Assembly: GCF_009914755.1 (NCBI RefSeq)
Contig: NC_060928.1
Reading direction: 5' to 3' (one strand)
Origin: the human T2T-CHM13v2.0 reference genome, Homo sapiens
DNA length: 64,000 nt
Each line of letters begins with the position of its first letter. The first letter of the stretch is position 1. The notes beneath the pieces are model-generated. The model was not told the DNA's origin. It did not search any database and saw only the letters and a list, made by a program, of their open reading frames with translations. A program made the translations under genes and the position numbers. Below, piece after piece: positions 19,260-38,570 of the stretch.

Positions 19260-22242
19260 CTATATACTTACAATCTTTCCTTTTGTCGTAATTTGAAAGA
19301 TACTTTGAAACTATATAAATGCCCTGATCCTCATCAGATTTCCCTCCATTGATTTAGGATCTATTGATGATTCTTGCCTTCCAAAAACTAATTCTGCCTC
19401 ATTTTTTCTATACTATTAGTTGGCATTTACTGTAAGGACGAGCTGTACTTTTATCCCCATTTATGTATTTATTAATCTGCTTAAGATACATAGAAATTCA
19501 GGGATTCTTATTCAGTGGGTTTCAATCCATTAGGGCCCTTATTTATTTTGGTGATTAAATTGTCCCAGATTTGGCCAGTGGGAGAGTCTTCAAGCATGCT
19601 GCTGTGTCCTTTTGCTCCCCTTTCCCCCACCAAATCCCTTTTTGAGCACTTCCTCACTTTCTAATACAGGATGCCCCAGAATCATATTGAATCTATTCCA
19701 CCCCAGTACTGGAATCAGCCATTGCTCCAAGAAGCTATAGTTCCTTTTGGTGAGAAATGGTATTTAAAAACCAAGATCTGGGTTCTAGGTATGCTCACTG
19801 CTCCTAAGATTATGCCTTGTCTTTCTCACTTAATAGTATGCCATAAACTTCCTTCCTTGTCTATACATGTACCTTAACCATTTTTTTGCATAATACTACA
19901 TTAGGTGACTGTTACATCATAATTTATTGAAATACTTTCTTATTAATATAAACATTCAGATAATTTGTTTGCTTTGATTTTTCCAATTACAGTATTATAG
20001 TGAACATCCTTGTACACACATCACTGCACACATGTATGAGTATTTATCAGGATAGATTCCCAGACACGGAAATGCTAGATCAAGGACACAAACATCTTTA
20101 GTGTTGCTAGAAAAGGCCAAATCAAGCTACTAAAATGTTGCACTAACAGTGTATAAATTTTCCATAAACCTATGAGAAAATAAGATATCAAACAACTTTA
20201 ATGTGCTAACATAAGCAGTTAGAAATTGTTATCCCATTGGTTTTAATTTCCATTTCTCTGATTAATAGACAATTATATTCATGCTTTGTTATAAAAGTTG
20301 CAAATATTTATCTCAGTCTGTCACTTGTTTTTTAACTTTATAGTATCCTTCACCAGATAGATTTTTTTCAATTGTTTTAAAATGTGGTCACATTTGTCAA
20401 TGTTCTGTGGCTTCTGGGCCCTACTCTGTGTTTTGCTTTGGAAGGTCTCCATCAAATAGATTTTTTGGCCCTCAGATGTTTAACTCACCCAGAATTAAAA
20501 GTAGGGATCTAACTTTTTTCCCCAAATGAAGCACACCATTTCCATTTCCTGAATAGTTTATCCCTTCCCCCAATGATCTGAAATATCACACCTGTATCAT
20601 ATACTAAATCCATATAAATTCAAAGGTCTGTATCTAGATTCTTTATTGTGTTCCACTGATGTATTTGTCTTTCTGCATCAATACATTGCTGTTTTTTACT
20701 TCTAGGTTTTTATATCTAATAAGGCAAGTTTAGTTTCCTTGGATATTCTTAAACATTTGCTTATTGAGAAGAGCATTAAATTCAGCTGATTAGGTGCCAA
20801 ATGGCAATTTTTATAATAATGATTTATAAATGTTTCTACCAGGTAAAACAGTAGCACTCACATTTATTTTGTCAACACCTTTCTTCATAGTCCTCAACCC
20901 ATAATGCTGAACTTTGTTTAAAAAAAAAAAAAAAAAAAAAAGATATTGGCCTCATTCATCCAGACCTACACCTATTCAATCAAACTGTAAACCCTTTTTA
21001 TTTTTACAAAAGCTCCTATGGTGCTTCTACTGTAATCAGGCACTCATTTGCTAAATAAGTGAGTCAATAATAAAGTTATTCTTTTTCAAAATGTAGATAC
21101 CAGCCATTTAATTTCTCCTTTGCTTAGACAAACAATATTAGTGGTCTCCTAAAGAGGAACTATTGAGGGAAGGGGTCCAGCCATGTTACAGCAAGAAATC
21201 TCAGCAAGACACAACCTAGCTTTTCTGGTGGGCAATGCAGTAAGGCATCCCTACAGCCTGAAAACTGTACATATTCTTTAACCCAGTAATTCCTTATTAA
21301 GGAATTTATCCTAAGAAAATAATAGAAACAAGTCCACAAGACATAAGTGCAAAGATGTTTATCCTACTTCTTAAAAGCAGAAAAGTGGAAGCAATCCAAA
21401 AATTCTAAACTCCAGTAACTACAACACCAAGAAGTTGATTTTTTAAAGTCATGAACCAAATCTATTACATGAAAAGGCTCACAAAGGAAAAGCAAATATA
21501 TTTACTGAGTTTTTAAACAAAATTAAATTTACACACACCTACATTTACTTAAATGGAACTAATATTCAACCAGTACATTCTAATTCAGCCAATCTGCTAA
21601 TTAAGTCCACTGTCTGGTTAGTGCCCTGTGTCCTACCAATCTCTAAACATTTTTACTATCTCCCTGTAACATACAAAGAAAAAGAGTAAAGGAATATATA
21701 ACAAAGATGAAAAGTAGTTACTTACTGGTGAGGGGTTCACAGTGGTTTTCATTTTTTTCAAACCACTTATCAGTATGTCCTAAAATATTTATATGCTACA
21801 TTTACGATTAAGTTATTGGAAGAAGCTTAGAAAGATCCTAAAATTCCATCCAGCCCAACTACAAATCATTACAGTATTAGTGAAATTATTAAGAAAAGGG
21901 AAATTGAAGTAATTAGACCAAAATTTATTTTCACAGTGGAATCTTTCATTCCAACTTCACCTAAAATCAGTCAGAACTTAATATTTTTCTACATGAATAT
22001 ATCACAACTAGAGTCCTAAGTTGTATCAAAATTAATTTTCCATTAAAAAAAAACTGGCTTTAACCATGAAGTTTCATTTAAAATAGGCAAAAAAAAAAAG
22101 AATAAGACCAGTGTAAGCAGCATGAATTTAAAGGTCACAAAACTACAAATCCTCACCCAAATACATATTCACTAACTAACCTCTGTAATATTCTCTTTAT
22201 AATTACTATTTTTCAATATTTACTATTTAAATAGTCACTTAC

Positions 22243-22632
22243 TGATATGGTTTGACTCTGTGTCCCCACCCAAATCTCATCTCAAATTGTAATCCCCACA
22301 AGTTGAGGGAGGGAAGTGACTGGATTATGAGAACGGTTTCTTCCACACTGTTCTCATGATAGGGAGTGAATTCTCACAAGATCTGATGGTTTTACAAATG
22401 GTAGTTTTTCCTACACTCACCCACGTGGTCTCGTGCTGTCTCTCTCTCTCTCTCTGCCCCCCATAACCTGCCTGCTGCCATATAAGACGTGCCTGCTTCC
22501 CCTTCTGCCATGTTTGTAAGTTTCCTGAGGCCTCCTCAGCATTCAGAACTGTGAGTCATTTAAACCTCTTTCCTTTATAAATTACCCAATCTTGGGAGGT
22601 GCTTTATAGCAGTGTGAAAATGGATTAATACA
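22243..22632 (+). mobile_element. MaLR solo LTR (THE1D/MSTA-like)
   Basis: tgatatggtttgactctgtgtccccacccaaatctc ... ggattaataca; 390 bp; 5-bp TSD cttac at 22238-22242 and 22633-22637. Confidence 0.9.
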
Positions 22633-22636
22633 CTTA

Positions 22637-22744
<108 letters not shown>

Positions 22745-22997
22745 CTAAAAAAAATAACAATAAGAATTATGTTATCACATGTATGTAAAAATGTGTGTGC
22801 ATAATGATAAGCTATGAAAATATAATTTAAAAAACCTAAAAAGACAATAAGTAAGGATAAAGTAAGTTAAAGGTTTTTTTTTCTTCCTTAAAAAATATTT
22901 TTGGGCTGGGCACTGTAGCTCACGCCTGTAATCCCAGCACTTTAGGAGGCCAAGGCAGGCGGATCACGAGGTCAGGAGATCAAGACCATCCTGGCTA

Positions 22998-23472
<475 letters not shown>

Positions 23473-24236
23473 TCAAAAAAACAGAATAAGTATTTTCATT
23501 GCTATATATGTATGAATATATATATTTTTTTCTCACAATACAAATGCAAAGGATACAAGAAAAGAGGGAGGATGGGGGGGAAAGGACTGTAAGTCTGCAT
23601 AGAAAAAAAGACTTGGGTATGACTTTGATCAAGAAATCAGTACCAATACCTACTTAAAAAATAAATTGCTTGGCCAGGAGCGTTCGCTCACACCTGCAAT
23701 CCCAGCACTTTGGGAGACCAAGGCAGGTGGATCACTTAAGGCCAGGAGTTCAAGACCAGCCAGGCCAACATGGTGAAACCCTGTTGCTACTTCAAAAAAA
23801 AAAAACTGCTCTTTTCAACCTTTAACTAGCAATTTTAAATCCAAATAATTTTCTGTTAATATTGAATTTTTATTACATATTAAAATCCTTTCATTGATAA
23901 CACATATCATATAAACCAAATCAATGATTTGTGGGCTACAATAGAGGATTTCAATGCAAAATATAATTTGGCAATTATAATAGTCCTGTCCAAGCCATAG
24001 CCTGGGTTCAACAGGTACCTGAAAACAGAACCAAACCAGCTATTACTATACTCCCTTCTGATAATTTGCCAAAATTCTAGGCAGTGAGGTCTGTAAGACT
24101 GAAAGTACCTCCGTTTTTCAACCCTACTCAAGAATTCCATAGTCAGTCCGTCCATAAAGTAATCTCAATTCCTATGAATTCTTCCCTGGAGTATTTTTGC
24201 CTGTATATCTCATTCAGGCACATAATTATACATTGA

Positions 24237-24674
<438 letters not shown>

Positions 24675-24703
24675 TAAATCTCTGATGAAATAACGAATTC
24701 TTA

Positions 24704-24880
<177 letters not shown>

Positions 24881-25914
24881 CTATTATATAAAGATGTCAA
24901 AGCTGAGAGGAGAAAGGAAGAGTATATTATAGAAACAGTCCATATGTAATATATCCTAATACATTTCATTTTTAAGATCTACTACTGAATCTTGAGGAAC
25001 TTTACTCGAATGTTCCTTAAGCTCCTTTGTTCTCCACTGGCTCCTTCTCCTTGGTTTGGAAGATGGAGGGTGGGGGGAGGTGGGGAATGACAAACTTCAC
25101 TTGGCCTTGTTCTCTCTCCAGGCTATTTTTTCATTGCCTACATCTTTAAGAGTGGTTCACACCCATTACCTTTATCAGTCTCTTCCTTAATGCCAAGCAA
25201 GAAGACTTCCAACTCCAACAGTCTATAAAAATATTCTCTACCATCAATAACTCCCTACTTATCAAAATGAATCCTCTTTCTCAGTTATCATTTTTTTATC
25301 TCCAAATAACACTGATTGCAGGAGAGAGCCCTCCTTCTCAAAATCTATCTCTACCTTCTATGATACTGCATCATCCATGTTTGCCTCCTATATGTTGACT
25401 GTGCCTCTCTTATCACTTCTCTTGCTTTACCCACTGCCTGAGTCTTAGAAAAAGCCTCGTCCACAGAACTCTGCTCTTCTGTCCATTCTTTCTTTCTAGA
25501 AAACTTTACTCAAAGACATACGAAAATAGTTTCTCCCTTCTCTGAACTCCTTCAGCATTTATTGCCAGTATCACTCATTTATGTAGTTAGAAGATAAGAA
25601 AAGTTTCATGAATATTCTTTATCTTCCTATCTAGACTGTAAGTTCCTTGAGGGTAAGAATGACTTTGGTATCCTCCACAGTGGCTAAACCCAACTTCTTA
25701 TATACAGAAAATATCCAGTATTTATGATTGCATACACTTAGAATGTGAAAGGTGTTTCAAATCATCTGGTCCAATACCTTGAGGTCTAGACATTTGCTTA
25801 AGGTCAAAATAAATTAATAATAGTCTAATCTGGAATCCATAGCTCCTGGTTCAAAACCAATAGATCTTTCTACAACATTATCTGTGAGAAAAAGGTAGAT
25901 TAAATTAAGGTAAC

Positions 25915-26183
25915 TTTGATTCATGCTGACTCATGTCCCTCTCAAAATTCATACTGAAGGCCTTAACCCCGAAACTGACTATACTGGAGAAGGAAAGGCC
26001 GTGTAAAGACACAACAAGAAAGCAGAATCTGCAATCCAGGAAGAGAATCCTCACAAGAAACCAAACTTGCCAACACCTTGATCATGGTCTTCCAGCCTCC
26101 AGAACTGTGAGAAAATAAATGCCTATTGTTAAAGCTACCCAGTCTGTGGTATTTCGTTATGGCAGCCCAAGTGGAACAAGACA
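25915..26183 (+). mobile_element. MLT1-family LTR (internally deleted)
   Basis: ttccagcctccagaactgtgagaaaataaat ... tggtatttcgttatggcagccc MLT1 3' motifs. Confidence 0.7.
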
Positions 26184-27035
26184 ACTGAGGACAGTGTTTT
26201 TAGTGTTTTTTTCTATAAAATGGGTATGACATTTGCATTAATCTAATAGGAATTTTTTCATGAGAATAAATGTAGAGACGATTGAAAAGTGTTAGGTACT
26301 ATGTTAAGATAAATACTATCATATGTATGGAAGAAAACTTTTTAAAGTCATAGTTGATATAAGGCACAAAAACATCTTCTTTCAATACAAACTGAATTGA
26401 AGTAAGATTGGAAGTTAAACCCAGAAGAGACAGGTAAAGTAAGTGCTACATAAAGAAAACTTTGTCTCTAAAATGACTAGTGTGGAACCAGATCATTTTC
26501 AAATTCCTTCTAGCTCTAAAATTCCATCACCCTTGTGATATGGATCCGAGTGAGAAAACATACTAAAAAGCCAAGACTTATATGACTTATATTCAAATCA
26601 TTTAAAGGGCCCATGCCAAAATATACTGACAGCTGACATTTCCAAAGCTTTCATTTTAAACAAGTATATTAACACAAAATGTGATAAGTCCATTGAATCT
26701 GAACTGCTTGTGTTTTCTTTTTAAGTACAACTTTTTAGCAGTTATTGACCACACAGGATGAATTATCCATTTTTACAATGAGAACACTGAAATTAACAAA
26801 GGTAAAGTAACTTGCTAAGATCAAGTTTATTTGATCCCTTGCCACAAATTTTTCTCAAGATCTTTAAATATTTTTAATAAAGAATATAATTTTATTTAAA
26901 TATGTCTTATAATAAACTATCTTATCCTATATCCATATCTTTACAAAATAAGGGTTTTGTAGCATTTTGTTTGGACTAAAAGCTAGAAATATATCTTAGT
27001 TTTTTAAAAATAGAGAAGTATAAACACTAAAATTA

Positions 27036-27242
<207 letters not shown>

Positions 27243-27711
27243 TCAAGAAAAAATAATCTACTGTATTTTCTCAAATTTTAAGGAAATGATGATGCTAAAA
27301 TGTGGGGTTTTTCCTTTTATTCTTTAACACAACCATTACTCACTCTGCATTAAAAAATAAACTAATATTCTTGTCTAGAAACAAATCATACAATAAACCA
27401 TGGGATCTACTCTATTAAAGACACAACTGGCATTGTATCTTTAATGAATACTAATGGGCTTTAACTTAGACAACTAGATTCCATCAGAATGTTAACATAA
27501 AAAAGACTCAAATTCATTATTCAAAATTTCAATAATCCCAAATTTTTCTTAGCAGTTATGTCCAGTTCTTGATAAAAGTTATAGTAAAAAACATAATAGT
27601 TACATAAATAACCCTAACAAGATTATAAGAAATACTTTTAAATTCCAATGTTAAATTTTCCATATCTGGCAAAATCTTTAATTTACATTAGAATACATGT
27701 ATATACCATTA

Positions 27712-28011
<300 letters not shown>

Positions 28012-28621
28012 CTACCAACTGCAGTACCTTTGTTTATGCCACTCACTTGGCCTGGGAATTCCATGCCAGCACCCCAAATCCTGCCAATCCAAGTGCTACC
28101 TCTTTTGGGAAGCTGTCTGTGAGGACTGCAAGCCTCAGTATTTCTTTCTTTTCTGAACCACTACATTTATATATTCCGGGAGACAAACAAGTACCTGACT
28201 ATAAATTACTGTTATACTAATGTATAGCAGAAGCTCTCACAGTCATCCTCCATTTAGCCAACTCCATTCCCTCTGTACAACACACTAATGCCTATGGCTT
28301 AGTAGGCTCCTCTTTGTGGGGGCCGGCATGCCTTTTGTCTCAGCAACTGAGTTGAATAGTCATCAAGAGTCAGTTGTATTTGCTGCCAGATCAGTTTATG
28401 TCAGTTGTACTTGTTATTATAATTACGTATTTTAACTAAATATCATACTAAGTAAATAAATATCACCGCAGAAAGGGAACCATTGTGCCTACAGACACTA
28501 AGCTAAATAAATGCTCTGGAAGAAAATCAAAGGCAAGTCACTTAAAATTAAGTACTATTTAATTATATGTGAGCAAATAAAAAATAAAAGGAGAAAAAAA
28601 AACCTATCCAACCCTCTAGAA

Positions 28622-29000
28622 CAGTGCTTCTCAAACTATCTGTAATGAAGAACCTCTCCTCCCTTTTCTTCTTAATTTTTTATTTTTAAGACTAGTCAAG
28701 TGCAATACTGAGAAGGAGAGAATCCTCCCTTTCTTAAACATCTAATTGTTTGCAGACTGATATGGCTGTATTGCACATGATTCATATGGAGCTCACGTAA
28801 TATCAGATTTCACCAGCACCCAAACTGATCTATATACTCTCTTCTGCATTACAGTTTCCTAACCATATGCTTGGATTTACAGCAATGTCAAGTTGCTACA
28901 CCCATTTCCAAACACTTACTCTCAATTTCTATACTTACCTGTCATTAACCAGTAATCTGTGGGTGAGCAGCAATGTGTGGACCACACATGGAACAGAACT
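28622..29000. mobile_element. hAT-Charlie-type DNA transposon fossil (host of the Y1 retrocopy)
   Basis: cagtgcttctcaaact start and ggaccacac..aactg end typical of Charlie/MER MITEs. Confidence 0.5.
28676..28722 (-). pseudogene. 5'-truncated Y1 RNA (RNY1) retrocopy with poly(A) tail
   Basis: Reverse complement ttctctccttctcagtattgcacttgactagtctt resembles the hY1 3' end (cttctcactactgcacttgactagtc); A-tail at 28676-28687; imperfect TSD tcctcccttt..cttaa on both sides. Confidence 0.75.
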
Positions 29001-29010
29001 GAGCTAGTAG

Positions 29011-29481
<471 letters not shown>

Positions 29482-30868
29482 TAAGAGACATTCATGATTT
29501 AGGTGAAAATTTCAATGTTTTCAGTTAATATATGTTATTTTAAGTTATCTTGAAGGTAGAACTATCTTGTTCTTATTTGCAACTACCATTGTACATAGTA
29601 TAGTACCATGTACATTGTATGTAATCATTATTTTTTGTGAGACTAATTCAGCAATGGGTATTAAACACACCCCTAATAATTTCCTGGGTTTGTGCTTCCC
29701 TTAGGTTTGATATTTAATACATTATCAATTTCCTTAAACTGAAATTCTAATCTAAAAAATATATAATCTACTCCATTAAAGCATATCTCATTGAAAGACC
29801 CAATATGTATCACTGATATGATACAACGTATCAGTGAAACATAAGAATGCCAGAATGCCCTTTTTCTTTTAACTAGGAAAAACATTATCTTCTTGATTAG
29901 CAATTTAAATACATTTTGTTTAAATCTGATGCTACTGGACTAACAAAAGGTTGTGAAGTTGAGACACTCCAGACACATTTTATTACACAAATAAGTGTCA
30001 GGAGAAGCAGCTATCATTTACTTTGGAAATATTTTTCTCCTGGAAGATTCTTTTGGTGGGGAGTAAATGATACGCTATTTTTGATGACAAAAGGAGTATA
30101 GAACAAGAACCATTGTAAGTCAAGAACAAAGGTAAATTCTATAGCAAAAGCCACATTCACACTATCCCGAATTCTGAACTGCTACCGTCCAAATTAGAAA
30201 TTTTGCTTAGTTACATCTCCCCAAAGCAAACTAATACCAAGTATTTTTTGTCTCAATGACTGGTAACTGCTCAGACTAATGTCCTACAACAACAGGTCAC
30301 CAAAAGTTACAATCTGTCAAAAGTATGTAGAGTTCCACTTTTCTGTTAAATTGAGTTTATCCTGAAACATAAGTCTTGGAATGTTATGATCACCGTATGT
30401 GTATAATCTGGAAATATAATTGAATCCTATAGAGTAACTCTCATTATATAAAGAACAAAAGAAAACTTTGGAATTAAAATATAGATTTTTTTAACTAATT
30501 TGAGGAGATTATTCATAAAAAAAGATTTTTAAAAATATTTTCAAACAAATTTCATTTAGGTGGAAAGAGGTTGCTAATTTGTAGAAAATGGATGCTGTAG
30601 CTGATCAGGTTAGCTGTTAACATGAACAAGTAACCCTCAGTTAATTATCTGCCTTATTTTTCTAATTATTAACATACTCTACAATTAAAAACTATCAAAT
30701 ATTTGTTTTTTAAAGGAGAATTCACTGTCACTCCCTAGGCCATGTTAATTAAGACTATTAAAATGCCTTGCAGTTACATTACTGAGACTAGCTAATAAAG
30801 TTTGGCAAAGTGTTTCTTATATAGAACTTTTCATTGAATAAAACTTAATACAACTTGGCTGCACGTCA

Positions 30869-31187
<319 letters not shown>

Positions 31188-31498
31188 CTAGAGAACAATT
31201 ACTGAACATGTAAAGGGATCTTTCTATATAAAATAGGACATTATAATCATGTTTCCTAAACAAGAATTCTCCCATTATTTTGTACAAGGCAGTGAAATTA
31301 GATGTATTAAAACAAACCCAAAACAAAAATTTTTTGTTTTCACCAGTTTTTCCTAACTATAAAGTTTCTATGGAGAGTACACAAAAATTCCAAAGAAAAA
31401 AAAGGCTGTTCTATGAAAAAGTTACATTTCATTTACAAAAACACTTATGTATACATAAAAAACTCACTACTACTTTGTTTATATTTTCAATTTATTAA

Positions 31499-31969
<471 letters not shown>

Positions 31970-32573
31970 TGACCATATAAAGAGTTTACATTAATTATCA
32001 CAGGGGAGTACATTTGTCAGGTTAATGATCCATGTTCTTCTTAAAAGTTATTTATAAAACATTATTTCTCCACACTGAAAAAAAAAAGCATAATACTGAG
32101 TTGATTGCTCTATTAATTTAATGTCTTAAAACTGTACAGAGTACATACACTGCATTCCCAGAGCCCTAGCCCTGCACAGTCTAGTGAGCCACGCAAGGGC
32201 CCCATGGGCACCAGAGACAAAGGTAGCAGACTGATTGTTAAGAACTAATGAACTCGAGATACGTTTAATAAGAGAAATTCTGTGGTCACTTAGGAATTTT
32301 GTAGTTCATTATTCATAACATTAAGGTTTTTTTTAGCTGGATGTGATTTGAGGGAAAGAGAAAGCAATTAGTGAGGAAATGCATGAAAATACCTAAAAGG
32401 AACATTTAAAATGAGATTAACTAAATTCCTACGAATGTGAGCAATTGTCACTTTCAAACTTGGCAGAACCATGCTGAGTCCCCATCACTCTGAAACGTTC
32501 AAACTCAGAAGCAATGTTAACCATTCATTTTATTTCCTGTACTTTCACAGAATTCTTCACGCACATGTACTGG

Positions 32574-33114
32574 TATGCAGAGTTAACATAGCAGGCCTGA
32601 CTGCCATCCTTTGAAAGGCCTGATTACAAAACTGTCCCTTGGCTGGCATCTGGGAATTTGGATTTGGGGAGGGTTCTCACTATCCTAACTGATAGTATTC
32701 CTAAACTGATTATACAAACAATGTGGTTTATGCTCAACAGCTGACCTGCTTTTCTTCTGGGAATCTAGGATTTTAGTATATGCCAGGCAGAGGGTACCCA
32801 AGTGTCCAGCTCCCAGTAGAAACCCTGGGCACTGAGCCTCTAATGAGTTTCCCTGGTTGGCAACATTTCACGTGTACTGTCATAACTCACCGTGGGAATG
32901 AAGTGCATCCTGCGTGACTTCACTGAAAAAGGAACTTTGGAGGCTTGCACCTGGTTTTCCTTTACACTTTGCCCCATACACATTTACCCTTTGCAAATTT
33001 TGCTTTGTATCCATTCACAGTAATACACAAGAGCCATGACTAGGACTACATGGTGAGGCCTGTGAGCCCTTCCAGCAAATCAGCAAATCTGGGAGTGGTT
33101 CCAAGACTCCCAAC
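32574..33114 (+). mobile_element. MER68-like ERVL LTR
   Basis: agagttaacatagcaggcctgactgc..cctt.gaaaggcctg start matches recalled MER68 consensus. Confidence 0.65.
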
Positions 33115-33186
33115 ATGTAAGTTATCAACTTATTGCCAAATTCACCCTTTTTTGCCTGCTCTGTGAAAACTGTATCTGGCCCTTTA

Positions 33187-33378
<192 letters not shown>

Positions 33379-34323
33379 TTAGCCAGGTGTGGTGGCATGT
33401 ACTGCAATTCCAGCTACTGGAGTGCAGGTGGGGGCGCTGCTGAGGTGAGATCACCAGAGCCTGGGAGGTCAAGGTTGCCATGAGCCATGATGGTGCTACT
33501 GCACTCCAACCTGAGCGACACAGTGACACACTGTCTCAAAAAAAAAAAAGTGCTGGAGGCCAGGCGCAGTGGCTCACACCTGTAATCCCAGCAGTTTGGG
33601 AGGCTGAGGCGGGTGGATCGCTTGAGGTCAGGAGTTCGAGACCAGCCTGGCCAACATGGTGAAACCCTGTCTCTACTAAAAATACAAAAATTACCTGGGT
33701 GGGGTGGCAGGCGCCTGTAATGCCAGCTTCTCAGGAGGCTGAGGAACGAGAATCACTTGAACCCAGAAGGTGGAGAGGTTGCAGTGAGCTGAGATCACGC
33801 CACTTCACTCCAGCCTGGGCTACAAAGTGAGACTCTGCCCCCAAAAAAAACAGTGCTGGAGAGACACTGTAGCAAGAAAGAGTTTTGCTTCCTGCACAGG
33901 GCTTGTCTAGCACCAAGCTCCTGAAATGCATGGCAGCTAGCAGCATCCAAGGGTCAGCAGCTTCCCCAAGGCTTCTTACCCTACTACATGGTTTTGTAAT
34001 GGAGTACCTCTGATAAGATACTTCCCCATGAGGCTTTCTCTGGCATCCCAAGAGGCAAAACTATACCCAGGTCCAGAAAACAAATTTACAAGAAGTTCCC
34101 TGGCAAGGCACTACAGTGACTTTTCTGCCATCCTAAGAATCACAGCTGTGCCCTCTCCAATAAGGGGTGGCACTCAGCCCAGTGAGGGGAACTCTTCCTT
34201 GGATATTCTGTCTTACTCCTAAGGGCAGTGGCTATTATGCCGTATATTACAAAATATTAAAACTGCTATGATTATTATATATCTGCTATTCTTTTCAATT
34301 CTCCTTAATAATTCTCCATATTA

Positions 34324-34590
<267 letters not shown>

Positions 34591-35659
34591 TTAGTCAATA
34601 ACATAAAAGATGAAAGAATATACATCATTAGTTGAAGATTCCAAGCAATCGAACTTAATCACTATTGAATAATCACCTTAAACTTCATTTAACTTTAGTA
34701 GGCACTGTTTTCTGAACAAGTGCACAAATGAATGAATTTTACCACCTACATGGCAATAATAAGCAGAATTAGTCTGACCACTCTCTAAACTCCCCCCACT
34801 CTTAGCTGCTGTATCACATTCTCCTTATTCTCCAGAACTGCCTCACTTTTGTCGGCTCCTGTGTTTTTGGAGTTTGTCCTTGGCCCTCTTCTTTTTTCAC
34901 TCATCCATCCCTAACGCATTTATTATCACCCATGTGTTAATGGATGCTACATTTACATCTCTAGTCAAGACCTTCTCTTCTGAACCTCAGACTCATAGAT
35001 ACAGCTTCCTATTAGTCATTTCAACCCGGCAATGGATCTCCAGCCATTGCAAATGTAGTCCAACTCAAATATTTCCTGAACAATCCTTGTGCAAAGAACT
35101 GAAGCAACATAAATCTTGTTCTTATCCTCACAGAGGCCCTATAGAGAGAAATTTAATTTTGGAAAAGTTCAAAATGTTCTACACTGAACTCATCATACTC
35201 CTCTGACACAGGCTATAAGATTAAGACACCACTCAACCTCAAACCACAAAGTCACCTTATAATGGTACCTTAACTCCACATACACTGTTTCAAACCTAGC
35301 CAATGCTCTCTCAATATCTTTAAATCTGTTACCTCCTCTCCATTCCCACAGTTACAACCTAATCTGGCCCTTGTAACCACTTGCTGGACTACAGCAACAG
35401 CCTTAACGCTGTCACTCTAATTCCAACTGCATCTCCCTCCATCCATTCTCCATGCTGCAATACTGTGGAAAGAGGGAAAGCTTTAGTCATTAAAACATTT
35501 TAAATCATCTTCACATATTTTATACAAAAGCGTTGATATTTGGAACTGAATCTTGAGGGAGTTTACTAGAGAGACAAGGATAAGAAAGGAGATTCTGGCC
35601 GGGCACGGTGGCTCATGCCTGTAATCCCAGCCCTTTGGGAGGCCAAGGCAGGCAGATCA

Positions 35660-35899
<240 letters not shown>

Positions 35900-36045
35900 T
35901 TATATGAAATGGATCAGAGGGTCTACAGATAAGTGGCTTGGTGTGGCCGGAGTTTGGGTATGGGGAATAGAGTAGCAGGCAATGAGCATTTTACAGGGGG
36001 CCCATACAAACAAACACAGACTTTGTTCGGCAGGAAACAGACTAG

Positions 36046-36681
<636 letters not shown>

Positions 36682-36929
36682 TGAGCCAGCACACCCAGTC
36701 TAAATATACTTTTAATACCCAGTAAACATTTTTAAGAGAGGCTGCGTCCCTGTTTCACAGAAGAGGAAACTAAGAAACAAGTAACTGAGGAAAGATCACT
36801 TGAGTTGATCCATTTTTCTATTGCTGCCTACCAAGAGAAGCAAACTGTATCTCAACATATCATCTCCTCCTCAAGTAGGACAGCTGGTCCTGAAATTTAC
36901 ACTAAGTTTACATGAACTACAAACATCTA

Positions 36930-37066
36930 GACGCTACTGACATTTAGTGGGTAGAGATCAAGGATGCTGCCAAACATACTGCAATGCACAGGACACCTCC
37001 CCTCCCCCATAACAAAGAATTATCCCATTCAAAATGTCAATAGTGCTGAGGTTGACAAACCCTCAG
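36930..37066. mobile_element. MER20 (hAT-Charlie) fragment
   Basis: gatgctgccaaacat..tgcaatgcacaggaca ... aaatgtcaatagtgctgaggttga.aaaccct. Confidence 0.8.
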
Positions 37067-37655
37067 TCTAAATGAAGCAAAGTAATTGCAATTTTAAGTT
37101 AAATCATTTTTCGTAATTTAGATTCTAAAAGTACTTCAAAAAAGAACAGCATTTCAACAGAGTAATTGTTGCAAATAATCCAATAATTGAAGTTTAAAGA
37201 ACGCATCATTAAATGATAATCACTTTAGGCTAATTACACACTTTATTCAACTAGAGGCCCACTATATTCCTACTACACACAATATAACAAATCCAAAAGC
37301 CCTCAAGCCAGGGCATGCTTAAATTAGATATAAGGAGAAGAGGATCACGTGAGACCTCATTTCCAATTCGAGGGCCTTTAAAATTTTAAACGAGATGAAA
37401 GTTTTGAAACTGAGAAATGACAACATTTGACTTTTGTTGCAAAAAGCTAGCTATGTTGACACAGACTGCAGGAGAGAGCTCAGTTGAGAGCCGACTGCAA
37501 CAGCCGGCAGATGACTGAAGCTCGAACCAGGGTAGTAAAGGGGAAGATGGTGAGAACTGGTAAGATTCTGGACATATTTCGAAGGTGAAGACGGCAGGAT
37601 TTTCCTCTGGGCTGGTCGTAGGTGTGAATAAACGAAAGATGTCAAGGTTGAACAG

Positions 37656-38570
<915 letters not shown>

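Noticed and set aside
29500-30850. Repeat-poor AT-rich intron-2 segment as a possible hidden exon or conserved element
   Set aside because: No convincing splice-site pair or recognisable coding signal; conservation cannot be assessed here
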